The notes: generated from the letters alone by a model not told the origin. Shown: positions 1 to 8,404, counted from the stretch's first letter. The stretch: DNA of 12,907 bases from Myxococcales bacterium (GCA_038320275.1 JBBQEB010000113.1:1-12907), one strand, 5' to 3'. Translations and numbers: made by a program.

Positions 1-762
1 GAGGCTCACCGCGCCGGCCACCAGCCCGGCGCGGCGGCGGACGGCCGGCTCGGCCACGCGCTGAGCGGAGAGGATGGCCACCGCCAGGGCCGCCGCGGCG
101 GCCATCATGGCCGCGAAAGGATGCGCAAGGCGCAGCCGGAGGATCACGTGCGCCCCCTCGCCGAGGTCCTGCCGAAGGCCCTCGGCGAAGCTGTGCGCCG
201 GAAAGAGCGTGTCGCCCAGCGCGGCGATGGCCCCGGTCGCGGCGGTGAACATCGTGACGCCGAGGGCCACCCAGGCGGAGGCGGGCACCTTGCGTCGGGG
301 CGCCCCCGAGGGCCTCCCGCCCCACGCCGCGGAGAGGGCGATCGAGCCCAGCAGCAGCAGGGTATTCGTGAGGTGGAGGACCATCGCCCAGGCGCGGACC
401 GGGGACGCGTTCTTGGCGACCAGGCCGAACAGCACCAACCCCGCCCCCAGCAGCGCCTCCATGACCATGAAGGCGAGGGCGCAGGACGCCGCCCTGCGCG
501 CCGGGTGACCCGCCGGGAGCGCGCGCCAGGCCCAGACGGCGAGGACGACCACCAGCGCGAGCGCGAGGCCGCTGGTGACGCGGTGGGTGAGCTCGATGGC
601 GGTGGCGAGCGCGGGCGAGCGCGGCAGGAGCACTCCGTTGCACATGGGCCAGTGCTGTCCGCAGCCCGCGCCCGATCCCGTGGCGCGCACGAGTGCGCCC
701 CATGCGACGACCGCGACGTTGGCGACCAGCACCAGCCAGGCGAAGCGCGTGAAGTTCTTCAT
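1..762 (-). CDS. ctaA: Heme A synthase (COX15/CtaA family), 3' end outside window
   Basis: Hand translation from ATG 762 (GTG 768 also in frame): MKNFTRFAWLVLVANVAVVAWGALVRATGSGAGCGQHWPMCNG...AIELTHRVTSG...VLHLTNT...LRLAHPF. It shows the CtaA G-C-x3-W-P-x-C-x-G loop, the E-x-x-H-R motif, further conserved His residues and multiple hydrophobic helices. Open to position 1. Confidence 0.93.
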   Translation of the reverse strand, partial: MKNFTRFAWLVLVANVAVVAWGALVRATGSGAGCGQHWPMCNGVLLPRSPALATAIELTHRVTSGLALALVVVLAVWAWRALPAGHPARRAASCALAFMVMEALLGAGLVLFGLVAKNASPVRAWAMVLHLTNTLLLLGSIALSAAWGGRPSGAPRRKVPASAWVALGVTMFTAATGAIAALGDTLFPAHSFAEGLRQDLGEGAHVILRLRLAHPFAAMMAAAAALAVAILSAQRVAEPAVRRRAGLVAGAVSL

Positions 763-872
763 GGCCACTTGAGAGCATGTCGCCGGACGGCCGGCAACGC
801 CACCGGCGGGGGGCACGGTCACTTCCTTCACTCGGTCGCTCACCGGAAGTCCCCGGCGATCGCTGCGGAGGG

Positions 873-2021
873 TCACTCCCTCGCCGCGTCGCCCGCGGGA
901 AGGTCCACCTCGAAGAGCGCGCCCTCGCCAGGAACGCTCGTGACGCGCACGCCGCCGCCATGCGCCTCGGCGATGCGCCGCGCGGTCCACAGGCCGAGCC
1001 CGATCCCGCCGTAGTTCCTGGCGGAGCACGCGCGCTCGAAGCGGTGGAAGATGCGGGCCTGGTGCTCGGGCGCGATGCCGATGCCCTCGTCGCGGATGGT
1101 CACCCGCACCCGCGACCCCGCCCGGGAGAGGACGACCGTCACGGGCTTCCCCGGGCCGTACTTGAGCGCGTTGGAGAGGAGGTTGCCGAGGAGGAGCTCG
1201 ACGAATGCGCGGTCGCAGGAGACGCTGGCGCGGCGATCACCCTCCAGCCGGACGGTACAGCCCGAGCGCGCGATCTCCTCGCCGTGGTCCTCGAGCACGC
1301 TGTCGAGGACGCCGCCCAGCTCGACCCGCTCGCAGTGCAGCTCGAGCTCGCCCACATCGAGCTCCGGCATCCGCAGCACCGCGTCGACGAGCCGCCGGAG
1401 GCGGTCGGCCGACTGCCGCATGCGCGTCACCGACTCCTCGATGCGCGGCGAGGCGCAGCTCTCGCTCGCGAGCTGGCGGAGCACGAGGTCGGCCTGGAGC
1501 TGGAGGGCGGCCACCGGCGTGCGCAGCTCGTGCGCGGCCAGGGTGAGGAACTCCTCCCGGGCGCGGACGCTCTGCTCGCGCGTCGCGAGCGCCACCCGCT
1601 CCTGCTCGGCCCGCTGCCGGCTGGTGATATCGCGAGTCACCTTACCGAAGCCGAGGTGCTCCCCACCCGGCCCCCGGATCGGGGTGACGACCACGTGCGC
1701 GTGGAAGATGACGTCGCCCTTCCGGAGCCGGAGCGTCTGATCCTCGAACCGTCCGTCCGCGAGGGCGCGCCGCAAGTCCTCTTCGGGCTTGCCGCGCGCG
1801 ACGTCCTCCGGAAGGTAGAAGCGCGCGACGTGCTCGCCCATCACCTCGGATGCGGAGTAGCCCTTGATCCGCTCCGCACCCTTGTTCCAGCTCGTCACCC
1901 GGCCAGCCGGGTCGAGCGTGTAGATCGCGTAGTCCTCGAGCTCCTGGATGAAGAGCTTGAACGGGTCGCTCGCGCCGGTGCCGTGGGGCGGCGGCTGCTC
2001 GCGCGGCGCTGCTTGGTGCAA
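873..2021 (-). CDS. Cytoplasmic PAS-domain sensor histidine kinase (PAS + HisKA + HATPase_c)
   Basis: PAS: DYAIYTLDPAGRVTSWNKGAERIKGY...VTRDIT. H-box AAHELRTPV, N-box NLLSNALKY, G1 DEGIGI, F-box IFHRFER, G2 GGIGLGL. No TM helix. Start uncertain: TTG 2021 has GAGGGG 7 nt upstream, but the ORF is open to 2129. Confidence 0.93.
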   Translation of the reverse strand: MHQAAPREQPPPHGTGASDPFKLFIQELEDYAIYTLDPAGRVTSWNKGAERIKGYSASEVMGEHVARFYLPEDVARGKPEEDLRRALADGRFEDQTLRLRKGDVIFHAHVVVTPIRGPGGEHLGFGKVTRDITSRQRAEQERVALATREQSVRAREEFLTLAAHELRTPVAALQLQADLVLRQLASESCASPRIEESVTRMRQSADRLRRLVDAVLRMPELDVGELELHCERVELGGVLDSVLEDHGEEIARSGCTVRLEGDRRASVSCDRAFVELLLGNLLSNALKYGPGKPVTVVLSRAGSRVRVTIRDEGIGIAPEHQARIFHRFERACSARNYGGIGLGLWTARRIAEAHGGGVRVTSVPGEGALFEVDLPAGDAARE

Positions 2022-2341
2022 GGAGATGCCCCTCGAAGTCCGCGGCAGCGAGGATTCGCCCGAGGCGGACACCTTGAAGGAAGTCACGGTGAGCCCGAGG
2101 GGCAAGGCTCGAACCGCGGCTGCGCCCACGACAGCGGTCGTGCCGCCGCTCGGCAGCTACCCGCTTCCAGAGGGTCGATATCGGGGCCGGGCGAGGCGGC
2201 GGCAAGGTCGGCCGCGGCCGCCTCGAAGAAGCACGGCGGAGAGCGCGCGCTCGCGAGGATGCCGTTATGAAGGGGCCGCGTGGCGCGGCGCGGCATCTGT
2301 CCTTTCACCCACAGTGCCGTCACTGCCCAGGAGGAAACCGC

Positions 2342-2995
2342 TTGAACCGCAACACCCTCATCGCCTTCGCCGTGGGCGCGCTCGTCATGTTCATCGGCTT
2401 CTCGGTCTTCAGGGAGGCAACGAAGGCGCCTCCCGCACCGGCCGGGGCTCCGGTAGGAATGTCGATGGGCACGAATGAGCCGCCGCTGCCGCCCTCGGGT
2501 GGAGGGGCACCCTCTCCCGGCGAGCTGGAGGCCCGCATCACCGCCGCCAAGAGCGCCGTGCAGTCGGACCCGAAGAACGTCGGCGCCTGGATCCAGCTCG
2601 GCAACGACTACTTCGACACGCATCAGCGCGAGCGCGCCATCGAGGCGTACGCCCGCGCGATCGAGCTCGCGCCCAACAACGCCGACGTCATCACCGACCA
2701 GGGCGTCATGTACCGGGAGCTGGGACAGTCCGAGAAGGCGGTGGAGTGCTTCCGGCGCGCGAGCACGATCGATCCGACCCACACTCAGAGTCTTTACAAC
2801 CTCGGCATCGTGTACTCGCGCGATCTCCACGACGCCCAGAAGGCGGCGGACGCCTGGAACAGGCTCATCCAGCTCGCGCCCTCGAGCCCCCAGGCCGCAC
2901 AGGCGCGGCAGGGACTTCAGGAGCTCGCGGCCGGTGGGAGCGCCCCGGCCATGCCGCGCCTGCCCGCGCAAGGTGCGGGCAAGGGACCTCGTTAG
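2342..2995 (+). CDS. Membrane-anchored tetratricopeptide repeat protein
   Basis: TTG 2342 follows SD GGAGGA (2329-2334). N-terminal hydrophobic helix LIAFAVGALVMFIGFSVF, then a Pro/Gly linker and TPR-like repeats (AWIQLGNDYFD...AIEAYARAIELAP; VITDQGVMYRELG...AVECFRRASTIDP; SLYNLGIVY...AWNRLIQLAP). Confidence 0.88.
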   Translation: MNRNTLIAFAVGALVMFIGFSVFREATKAPPAPAGAPVGMSMGTNEPPLPPSGGGAPSPGELEARITAAKSAVQSDPKNVGAWIQLGNDYFDTHQRERAIEAYARAIELAPNNADVITDQGVMYRELGQSEKAVECFRRASTIDPTHTQSLYNLGIVYSRDLHDAQKAADAWNRLIQLAPSSPQAAQARQGLQELAAGGSAPAMPRLPAQGAGKGPR

Positions 2996-3073
2996 CCTTC
3001 GCGGCACGACCTCGCCGGGCGACCAACCCTCTTCGTCCTTGCGGGCTCCGCCTTTCAGAATGACCATTGATCG

Positions 3074-3286
3074 GTGCACGCCTCTCGCAGGGTCGCAATC
3101 GCCCGAACCACCTACGAAGCCGCCGTGGAGGCCGCGCGAAGCTCGTCCACGCCCGCAACCTGGAGCCGCCTGCTGCGGGCCGCCAAGAATCTCCGCATGG
3201 CCATCCACGACGCCGAGGAGCAGGGCCGCGCAGCGCGGCCGGGCGCAGTTCCCGGGCCCCTGCGCCCACCCTCCTCGAAGCGCTGA
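3074..3286 (+). CDS. Small hypothetical protein (70 aa, predicted helical hairpin)
   Basis: Fills the gap between two + strand genes. GC3-rich codons and two amphipathic helices (RVAIARTTYEAAVEAAR; TWSRLLRAAKNLRMAIHDAEE). No family recognised. Confidence 0.55.
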   Translation: MHASRRVAIARTTYEAAVEAARSSSTPATWSRLLRAAKNLRMAIHDAEEQGRAARPGAVPGPLRPPSSKR

Positions 3287-3302
3287 AAGAGGTACCGTCC
3301 TC

Positions 3303-3824
3303 GTGAACCGCTTCGCCCTGGCGCTGACCTCCGCCGCGCTCCTGTCCACCGTGGCCCCGGGCTGCGCCGGCCTTCGCGCCCAGCGCGCGCGCGGCAGCGC
3401 GCTCCACGCGCTGCTCGAGAGCAACCGCATCCCGCAACCCCTCCCGCGCGTCTGGCCCGAGGCGCTCAAGCTCCTCGCCGAGAAGGACTTCCCGCTCACC
3501 GGTGCCGACCGCGCCGCGGGCGGGCAGTCGCAACAGGGCACCTGGGGACAGCTCCTCTCGCCCGGTTTCGAGACCCGCTCGACGGGCAGGGGTTACCAGG
3601 CCGAGACCGGCTGGGGAGAAGGCAAGGTCCGCTACCGGGTGGACGGCTTCGACACCGGCGGCGGGACCTCGCGCATCGCCTACACCCGCATCGAGGGGAG
3701 CGAGGACGGGCCCAACGAGGTGCTCAGCCAGGACGACGAGCTCTCGCTGCTGCTCGTCTCGCGCGTCGATCCCGCCGGCGCCCAGCGCATCGAGGAGGAC
3801 ATCGACAAGGCCCTGGGCCGCTGA
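3303..3824 (+). CDS. Hypothetical lipoprotein (173 aa)
   Basis: GTG 3303 follows AAAGAGG. Signal MNRFALALTSAALLSTVAPG|C followed by a globular domain with normal codon bias. This is the C-terminal part of track ORF 2475..3824. Confidence 0.75.
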   Translation: MNRFALALTSAALLSTVAPGCAGLRAQRARGSALHALLESNRIPQPLPRVWPEALKLLAEKDFPLTGADRAAGGQSQQGTWGQLLSPGFETRSTGRGYQAETGWGEGKVRYRVDGFDTGGGTSRIAYTRIEGSEDGPNEVLSQDDELSLLLVSRVDPAGAQRIEEDIDKALGR

Positions 3825-3831
3825 CTGCGGC

Positions 3832-5694
3832 TCACAGCGAGAGCCTGAGGCCCGCGAGCACGTTGACGCCCGGCATGACGTAGCCGGCCACATAGGCGTA
3901 GCGCGCGCCGAGGAGATTGCGCACGTCGAGGTAGGGCTCGATGGCGATGACGCGCTCCGACGAGGCGCGGCGGTAACGCACCGCGACGTCCATCACCGTC
4001 ACGTCGGGCAGCCGCTCCCGGCCGTAATCGGCCATGTACAGACCGTGAACCCACTCGCCGCTCAGCTCGGCGCTGGCGAGGTCCGCGGTGCGGAAGCCGT
4101 GCGCGGCGGCGAGGGTGAAGGTCGCGCGGGCGCTGGGGTTCTGGCGCGTGTAGCGCCCGACGTCCTGCACGTCGAGCCCGGCCCGGGCCGAGAAGGGACC
4201 GAGCCCGCGGATCGCCGCCCGCGCCTCGCCGCCCCAGACTGTCACGCGATCGACGTTCACTGCCTCGGCCGCCGGGAAGACGCCGAAGGTGCGGATGAGG
4301 TCGCGCGCCGCGGTCCGGTAGCCCGCCGCGTCCAGCGAGAGGAGCGGTCCCGTCCACTCCAGGGCGAGATCCCAGCTCCGCGCCCGCTCCGGGCGGAGCT
4401 CCGGGTTCGCCACCGGATAGGGCAGGTACAGCTCGCGCAAGGTGGGCTGGCGAAAGCCATCGCTCATCCCGCCCCGCAGGTTGAGCCCGGGGAGCACGTC
4501 CCAGCGCCCCCGGAGCTCGAGGAGCGCAACCGCTCCGTAACGCGACGAGACGACCTCCCGGGCGCCCGCGACGAGGGTGAACGGCGGAAATGGGCGCCAG
4601 GTGAGCTGAGCATAGGGCGCGGCGTCGGAGCTCCCGCGCACTTCCGGCCGCTCTCCGGTGACGCGGTTCTCGACGGACCCCGCCACCCCGCTCCACGCCG
4701 CGCCTGCCAGGAGCCGCAGCGATCGGCCGAGGCGGAGCTCGTCCTCGGCGATGAGGCCGAAGACCTCGTCGTGCGAGAGGAACCCGTCGTACAGGCGGTT
4801 TACCCCGGCGTTCACATAGGGTGTGACGGTGACGCGGTGGGAGCCGCCCTCGTAGGCGAGCGCGAGGGAGGCGGTGTCGCGCCAGACCTCGTACGCGTGA
4901 TCGGGAGTCGGGTGCGTCACCGGCCCGGGGTCGGCGCCCGCCTCGTGCGCGACCTTCTCGCGCAGGGTGAGCGAGAGCCCGCGCCCGAGGCGCAGGCGCA
5001 CGGCCGCGGTCCCCACCGCCTCGGCGCCCCCGGCGCCCTCGCGGTGGCCGCTGGTGTCGAGCCCGAAGAACGAAGCCGTCGCATCCACCCGGCCCTCGCG
5101 CGCGAGCGCGGAGGCGGAGGTGCGCAGCGTGGCGAAGCTCCCCGCGGCGGAATCGGCGTGGGCCTCGAAGCCCTCCGCGTCGCGCCAGCGGCTGCGCAGG
5201 AGAACGGTGCCACCGAGGGCGTGGGTGCCATGGAGCACCGAGTCGGCGCCCTTCACCACCAGGACCTCGTCGAGGAGCGACGGAGCGTACGCGTCCGCCA
5301 GCGGGTGCCCGAAGATGCCCTGGAAGTCGGGCACGCCGTCCTCCACCACCAGCACCTGCGTGTTGGGGCTGCCACCCAGGCCGCGGATGCGAATGCCGCC
5401 GGTGGCGCCGTTCCCCACGCCATGCAGGCCGGGGCCGCCGGAGGGCACGAACACGCCCGCGTCCTCCCGTGCGATGGCCTCGAAGGTGCTCGCCCGCGGG
5501 CTGTCGCGCAGGGTCTCACCGTCGATGAGGCCCGCCTGGCGGGTGGGGTCCTTCGCCAGCGGGCGGTCCGAGCGCACCACCGCCTGGTACGGCGCGGGGT
5601 CCTCCTCGCCGCCCGCCGCCGGCTCCGCCGCGAGGGTGAGCAGCAGGGAGGCCGCGGCCGTCACGGCCCGCGCGCGAGGGCCGAGCACGCTCAA
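3832..5694 (-). CDS. TonB-dependent outer-membrane receptor (about 620 aa)
   Basis: TTG 5694 overlaps the upstream stop (TTGA). Signal peptide, TonB-box-like YQAVVRS, plug motifs IRIRGLGG..VLVVEDGVP and LDEVLVVKGADSVLHGTHALGGTV, barrel motifs GFRQPTLRELY, NPELRPE and DVRNLLG, and C-terminal strand GVNVLAGLRLSL. Confidence 0.92.
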   Translation of the reverse strand: MSVLGPRARAVTAAASLLLTLAAEPAAGGEEDPAPYQAVVRSDRPLAKDPTRQAGLIDGETLRDSPRASTFEAIAREDAGVFVPSGGPGLHGVGNGATGGIRIRGLGGSPNTQVLVVEDGVPDFQGIFGHPLADAYAPSLLDEVLVVKGADSVLHGTHALGGTVLLRSRWRDAEGFEAHADSAAGSFATLRTSASALAREGRVDATASFFGLDTSGHREGAGGAEAVGTAAVRLRLGRGLSLTLREKVAHEAGADPGPVTHPTPDHAYEVWRDTASLALAYEGGSHRVTVTPYVNAGVNRLYDGFLSHDEVFGLIAEDELRLGRSLRLLAGAAWSGVAGSVENRVTGERPEVRGSSDAAPYAQLTWRPFPPFTLVAGAREVVSSRYGAVALLELRGRWDVLPGLNLRGGMSDGFRQPTLRELYLPYPVANPELRPERARSWDLALEWTGPLLSLDAAGYRTAARDLIRTFGVFPAAEAVNVDRVTVWGGEARAAIRGLGPFSARAGLDVQDVGRYTRQNPSARATFTLAAAHGFRTADLASAELSGEWVHGLYMADYGRERLPDVTVMDVAVRYRRASSERVIAIEPYLDVRNLLGARYAYVAGYVMPGVNVLAGLRLSL

Positions 5695-6089
5695 TGTCCG
5701 AACGGGCCGGGCGCGGAGAAGTCCTGCTCCACGGCCCCCGCCTCCACGTCCACCCGGTGGAACCCGGAGTCCGCGTCGAGGCTCGCGACCGTCTGGTAGT
5801 TGAACCAGGTCGGAGCGCCCTCGCCCGCCGCCGCATCGAGGTCGAGCCGGCCAAAGTGAACGCGGTCGGAGCCGGGGAGGCAGCGCTTCACCGAGGTGGA
5901 TTCGCCGTAGGCGAGGACGGCGCGCCACGAGCAGCCGTTGAAGCTCGGGTCGCGCAGGAGCACGCGGGGTGCGAGGCGGTTCACCACCGCCACCTCGGGC
6001 CCGGGCGCGCCACACGCGACGAGCGCGGTCGCGAGCGCCAGCGCGAGGCGAAGGGTGCCGCCGCGCCGCGGAAAGCTCAGGGCAGGCAC
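5691..6089 (-). CDS. Hypothetical lipoprotein B (about 132 aa)
   Basis: GTG 6089 overlaps the upstream gene end (exact start uncertain). Lipobox LALATALVA|C, beta-rich mature part with two more Cys, ends PGPFGH. Its stop overlaps the receptor start. Confidence 0.8.
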   Translation of the reverse strand: MPALSFPRRGGTLRLALALATALVACGAPGPEVAVVNRLAPRVLLRDPSFNGCSWRAVLAYGESTSVKRCLPGSDRVHFGRLDLDAAAGEGAPTWFNYQTVASLDADSGFHRVDVEAGAVEQDFSAPGPFGH

Positions 6090-6565
6090 TGCGGGTTCTC
6101 GGCGCGCTGGTCGTAGGGCCTGAAGGCGTACTCGGGCCAGAGGGCCAGGATGCGGTCGTACACCTCGCGCGACATCGGGGCGACGCCCTCCGGCGGGCAG
6201 GGCCCCTGGTGGCTCGACCGCCCGATGGTGATGGTGCGGTGCTGGCCCGGGACGACCTCCTCCTCCTGAGCGCTCGCGATGGGGAGCGCATGCAGAGGAC
6301 TGCACGAAGGGTCGTTCCACGCTGCCACCATGAGGACGCGGTCGAGACCCGCGCTCACGGCGCCCTCCGCGCTGGTGTCGCCGATGGCGATTCCGTCGAA
6401 CGAGACGCCCCGGTAGGATGAGCGACAGACCGTCCACGGGGGCTGGAAGCCCGTGACGGCCGGATCGGAGAAGTCATTGCGGATGCGGACGTAGCCGACC
6501 TCTCCATCGGAGCCCCCGCAACCCAGGGCGAGCGCCAGGAGCGCCAGCAAGCGCGTGCGAGTCAT
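6077..6565 (-). CDS. Hypothetical lipoprotein A (162 aa)
   Basis: Classic lipoprotein signal MTRTRLLALLALALG|C. Four further Cys (TVCRS, PSCSP, HQGPCPP, PQCLP). First gene of the operon. Confidence 0.87.
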   Translation of the reverse strand: MTRTRLLALLALALGCGGSDGEVGYVRIRNDFSDPAVTGFQPPWTVCRSSYRGVSFDGIAIGDTSAEGAVSAGLDRVLMVAAWNDPSCSPLHALPIASAQEEEVVPGQHRTITIGRSSHQGPCPPEGVAPMSREVYDRILALWPEYAFRPYDQRAENPQCLP

Positions 6566-6575
6566 CTTCCGGTGC

Positions 6576-6602
6576 GTAGCACGAAACTGAATTTCGTAGC
6601 AC
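6576..6602 (-). promoter_or_regulatory. Putative NikR-type operator GTGCTAC-N13-GTGCTAC overlapping the operon promoter
   Basis: Minus strand reads GTGCTAC-GAAATTCAGTTTC-GTGCTAC, ending 10 nt before ATG 6565. The spacer is AT-rich and self-complementary (GAAA..TTTC). It resembles, from memory, the Geobacter NikR site GTGCTAC-N13-GTGTTAC. Confidence 0.6.
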
Positions 6603-6670
6603 CAGGGGAGGGCCGGCGCGAAGGCGAAGCCGATTCCGAGCGCGACCGCAAACCTCGAGCGCGACCCGAC

Positions 6671-6715
6671 CCTCGACCTCGACCTCGACCTCGACCGCGA
6701 CCGCCGACCTCGACC
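6671..6715 (+). repeat. (CCTCGA)n hexamer tandem repeat
   Basis: Four perfect CCTCGA units at 6671-6694, then CCGCGA, CCGCCGA and CCTCGA. Degenerate units extend back to about 6653. Confidence 0.9.
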
Positions 6716-6724
6716 ATGCCCCCG

Positions 6725-8404
6725 CTAGAACTCGCTCCGCAGCACCGCACCGGTGGACGCGTTGGTCACGAGGTGCGCGTACCTTCTCAGCCACGGCGAC
6801 GCGACCACCTTCTTCCTCGGCACCCACGCGGCGCGGCGCTTGGTGAGCTCCCCCTCGTCCACCTCCAGCACGAGCGAGCGCGCGTCCACGTCGAGCGTGA
6901 TCGGGTCGCCGTCCTTCACCAGCGCGATCGTCCCGCCCTCGGCCGCCTCCGGCGACACGTGGCCGATGCAGGCGCCGCGCGTCGCACCGGAGAACCGGCC
7001 GTCGGTGATGAGCGCCACCTTGGAGCCGAGCCCCATGCCGGCGATGAGGCTGGTGGGCGAGAGCATCTCCTGCATGCCCGGCCCGCCCTTGGGGCCCTCG
7101 TACCGGATCACGACGACGTGCCCCTCCTTCACCGCTCCGCTCACGATGCCGCGGATGGCATCGTCCTGCGAGTCGAAGCAGATCGCCTTGCCGTCGAAGT
7201 GGCGCATCTCGGGATCGATCCCCGCCGTCTTCACCACCGAGCCCTCGGCAGCCAGGTTCCCGAACAGCACCGCCAGCCCCCCGGTGGCCGAGTACGGCGC
7301 CTCGTTGGAGCGGATGACGCGGCGGTCCTTCACCACCGCGGTACGGATGCGATCGCCGATGGTGTCGCCCGTCACGGTGAGCGCGTGCGTGCGGAGGACG
7401 TCGTCCCGCTTCGCCACCTCGTGCATCACCGCGGAGAGACCGCCCGCGTTCCCCACGTCCTCCATGTGCACGGTGGAGAGCGAGGGCGCGATCTTGGCGA
7501 GGTGGGCCACCCGCCCCGCGATGTGCTCGATGCGGGAGAGATCGAAGGCCACCCCCGCCTCGCGCGCGATGGCGAGCATGTGGAGCACGGTGTTCGTGGA
7601 ACCGCCCATGGCCATGTCCACCACGAAGGCGTTCTCGATGGCGTCGGCGTTGACGATGCGCTTCATGCGGAAGCGCTCGTCGCCCGCGATCTCCACGATC
7701 CGCCGCGCCGCCCACCGCACCAGCGCCTCGCGCTCCGGAGAGAGGGCGAGGGCGGTGCCGTTCCCGGGCAGGGCGATGCCCATGGCCTCGCAGAGCACGT
7801 TCATGGAGTTCGCGGTGAACATGCCCGAGCAAGATCCGGCGCCCGGACAGGCGTTGCACTCGATCTCGTAGAGCTCGGCGTCGGTCATCTGGCCGCGCGC
7901 GTGCTGGCCCACCGCCTCGAAGGCGGTGGAGAGGTCGATGGGCGTCCCGTCGGACTTGTAGCCCTTCTTCATCGGGCCGCCCGACACGAAGATGGTGGGG
8001 ACGTCCACGCGCAGCGCCCCCATGAGCATGCCCGGCACGATCTTGTCGCAGTTGGGCATGCAGATGAGCGCGTCGAGCTGGTGCGCGTTCATCATCGTCT
8101 CGACCGAGTCGGCGATGAGCTCGCGCGAGGGCAAGCTGTAGAGCATGCCGCCGTGGCCCATGGCGATGCCGTCGTCCACGCCGATGGTGTTGAACTCGAA
8201 CGGCACGCCCCCCGCGGCGCGGATCTCCGCCTTGATGATCTCCCCGTAGGGTCCGAGGTGGACGTGGCCGGGGATGATGTCCACCCGGCTGTTGGCGATG
8301 CCGATGAACGGCTTCGCGAAGTCCTCGTCCTTGAGGCCGGCTGCCCGGAGCAGGCTCCGGTGGGGGGCCCGCTCGAATCCCTTCTTGACCTCGTCGCTTC
8401 GCAT
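6725..8404 (-). CDS. ilvD: Dihydroxy-acid dehydratase (559 aa)
   Basis: ATG 8404: [19 protein letters not shown]. Motifs [69 protein letters not shown] and TDGRFSG..GHVSPEA. Confidence 0.98.
   Translation of the reverse strand: MRSDEVKKGFERAPHRSLLRAAGLKDEDFAKPFIGIANSRVDIIPGHVHLGPYGEIIKAEIRAAGGVPFEFNTIGVDDGIAMGHGGMLYSLPSRELIADSVETMMNAHQLDALICMPNCDKIVPGMLMGALRVDVPTIFVSGGPMKKGYKSDGTPIDLSTAFEAVGQHARGQMTDAELYEIECNACPGAGSCSGMFTANSMNVLCEAMGIALPGNGTALALSPEREALVRWAARRIVEIAGDERFRMKRIVNADAIENAFVVDMAMGGSTNTVLHMLAIAREAGVAFDLSRIEHIAGRVAHLAKIAPSLSTVHMEDVGNAGGLSAVMHEVAKRDDVLRTHALTVTGDTIGDRIRTAVVKDRRVIRSNEAPYSATGGLAVLFGNLAAEGSVVKTAGIDPEMRHFDGKAICFDSQDDAIRGIVSGAVKEGHVVVIRYEGPKGGPGMQEMLSPTSLIAGMGLGSKVALITDGRFSGATRGACIGHVSPEAAEGGTIALVKDGDPITLDVDARSLVLEVDEGELTKRRAAWVPRKKVVASPWLRRYAHLVTNASTGAVLRSEF

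Noticed and set aside
5695..6291. N-terminal extensions in the ORF track (receptor to 6291, ilvD to 8773, lipoprotein from 2475)
   Set aside because: They overlap other real genes and precede clear signal peptides or family N-termini.
6566..6724. Cobalamin riboswitch and a btuB call for the receptor
   Set aside because: The gap is only 159 nt, much of it hexamer repeat, and no B12-box is visible. The substrate cannot be read from the receptor sequence alone.
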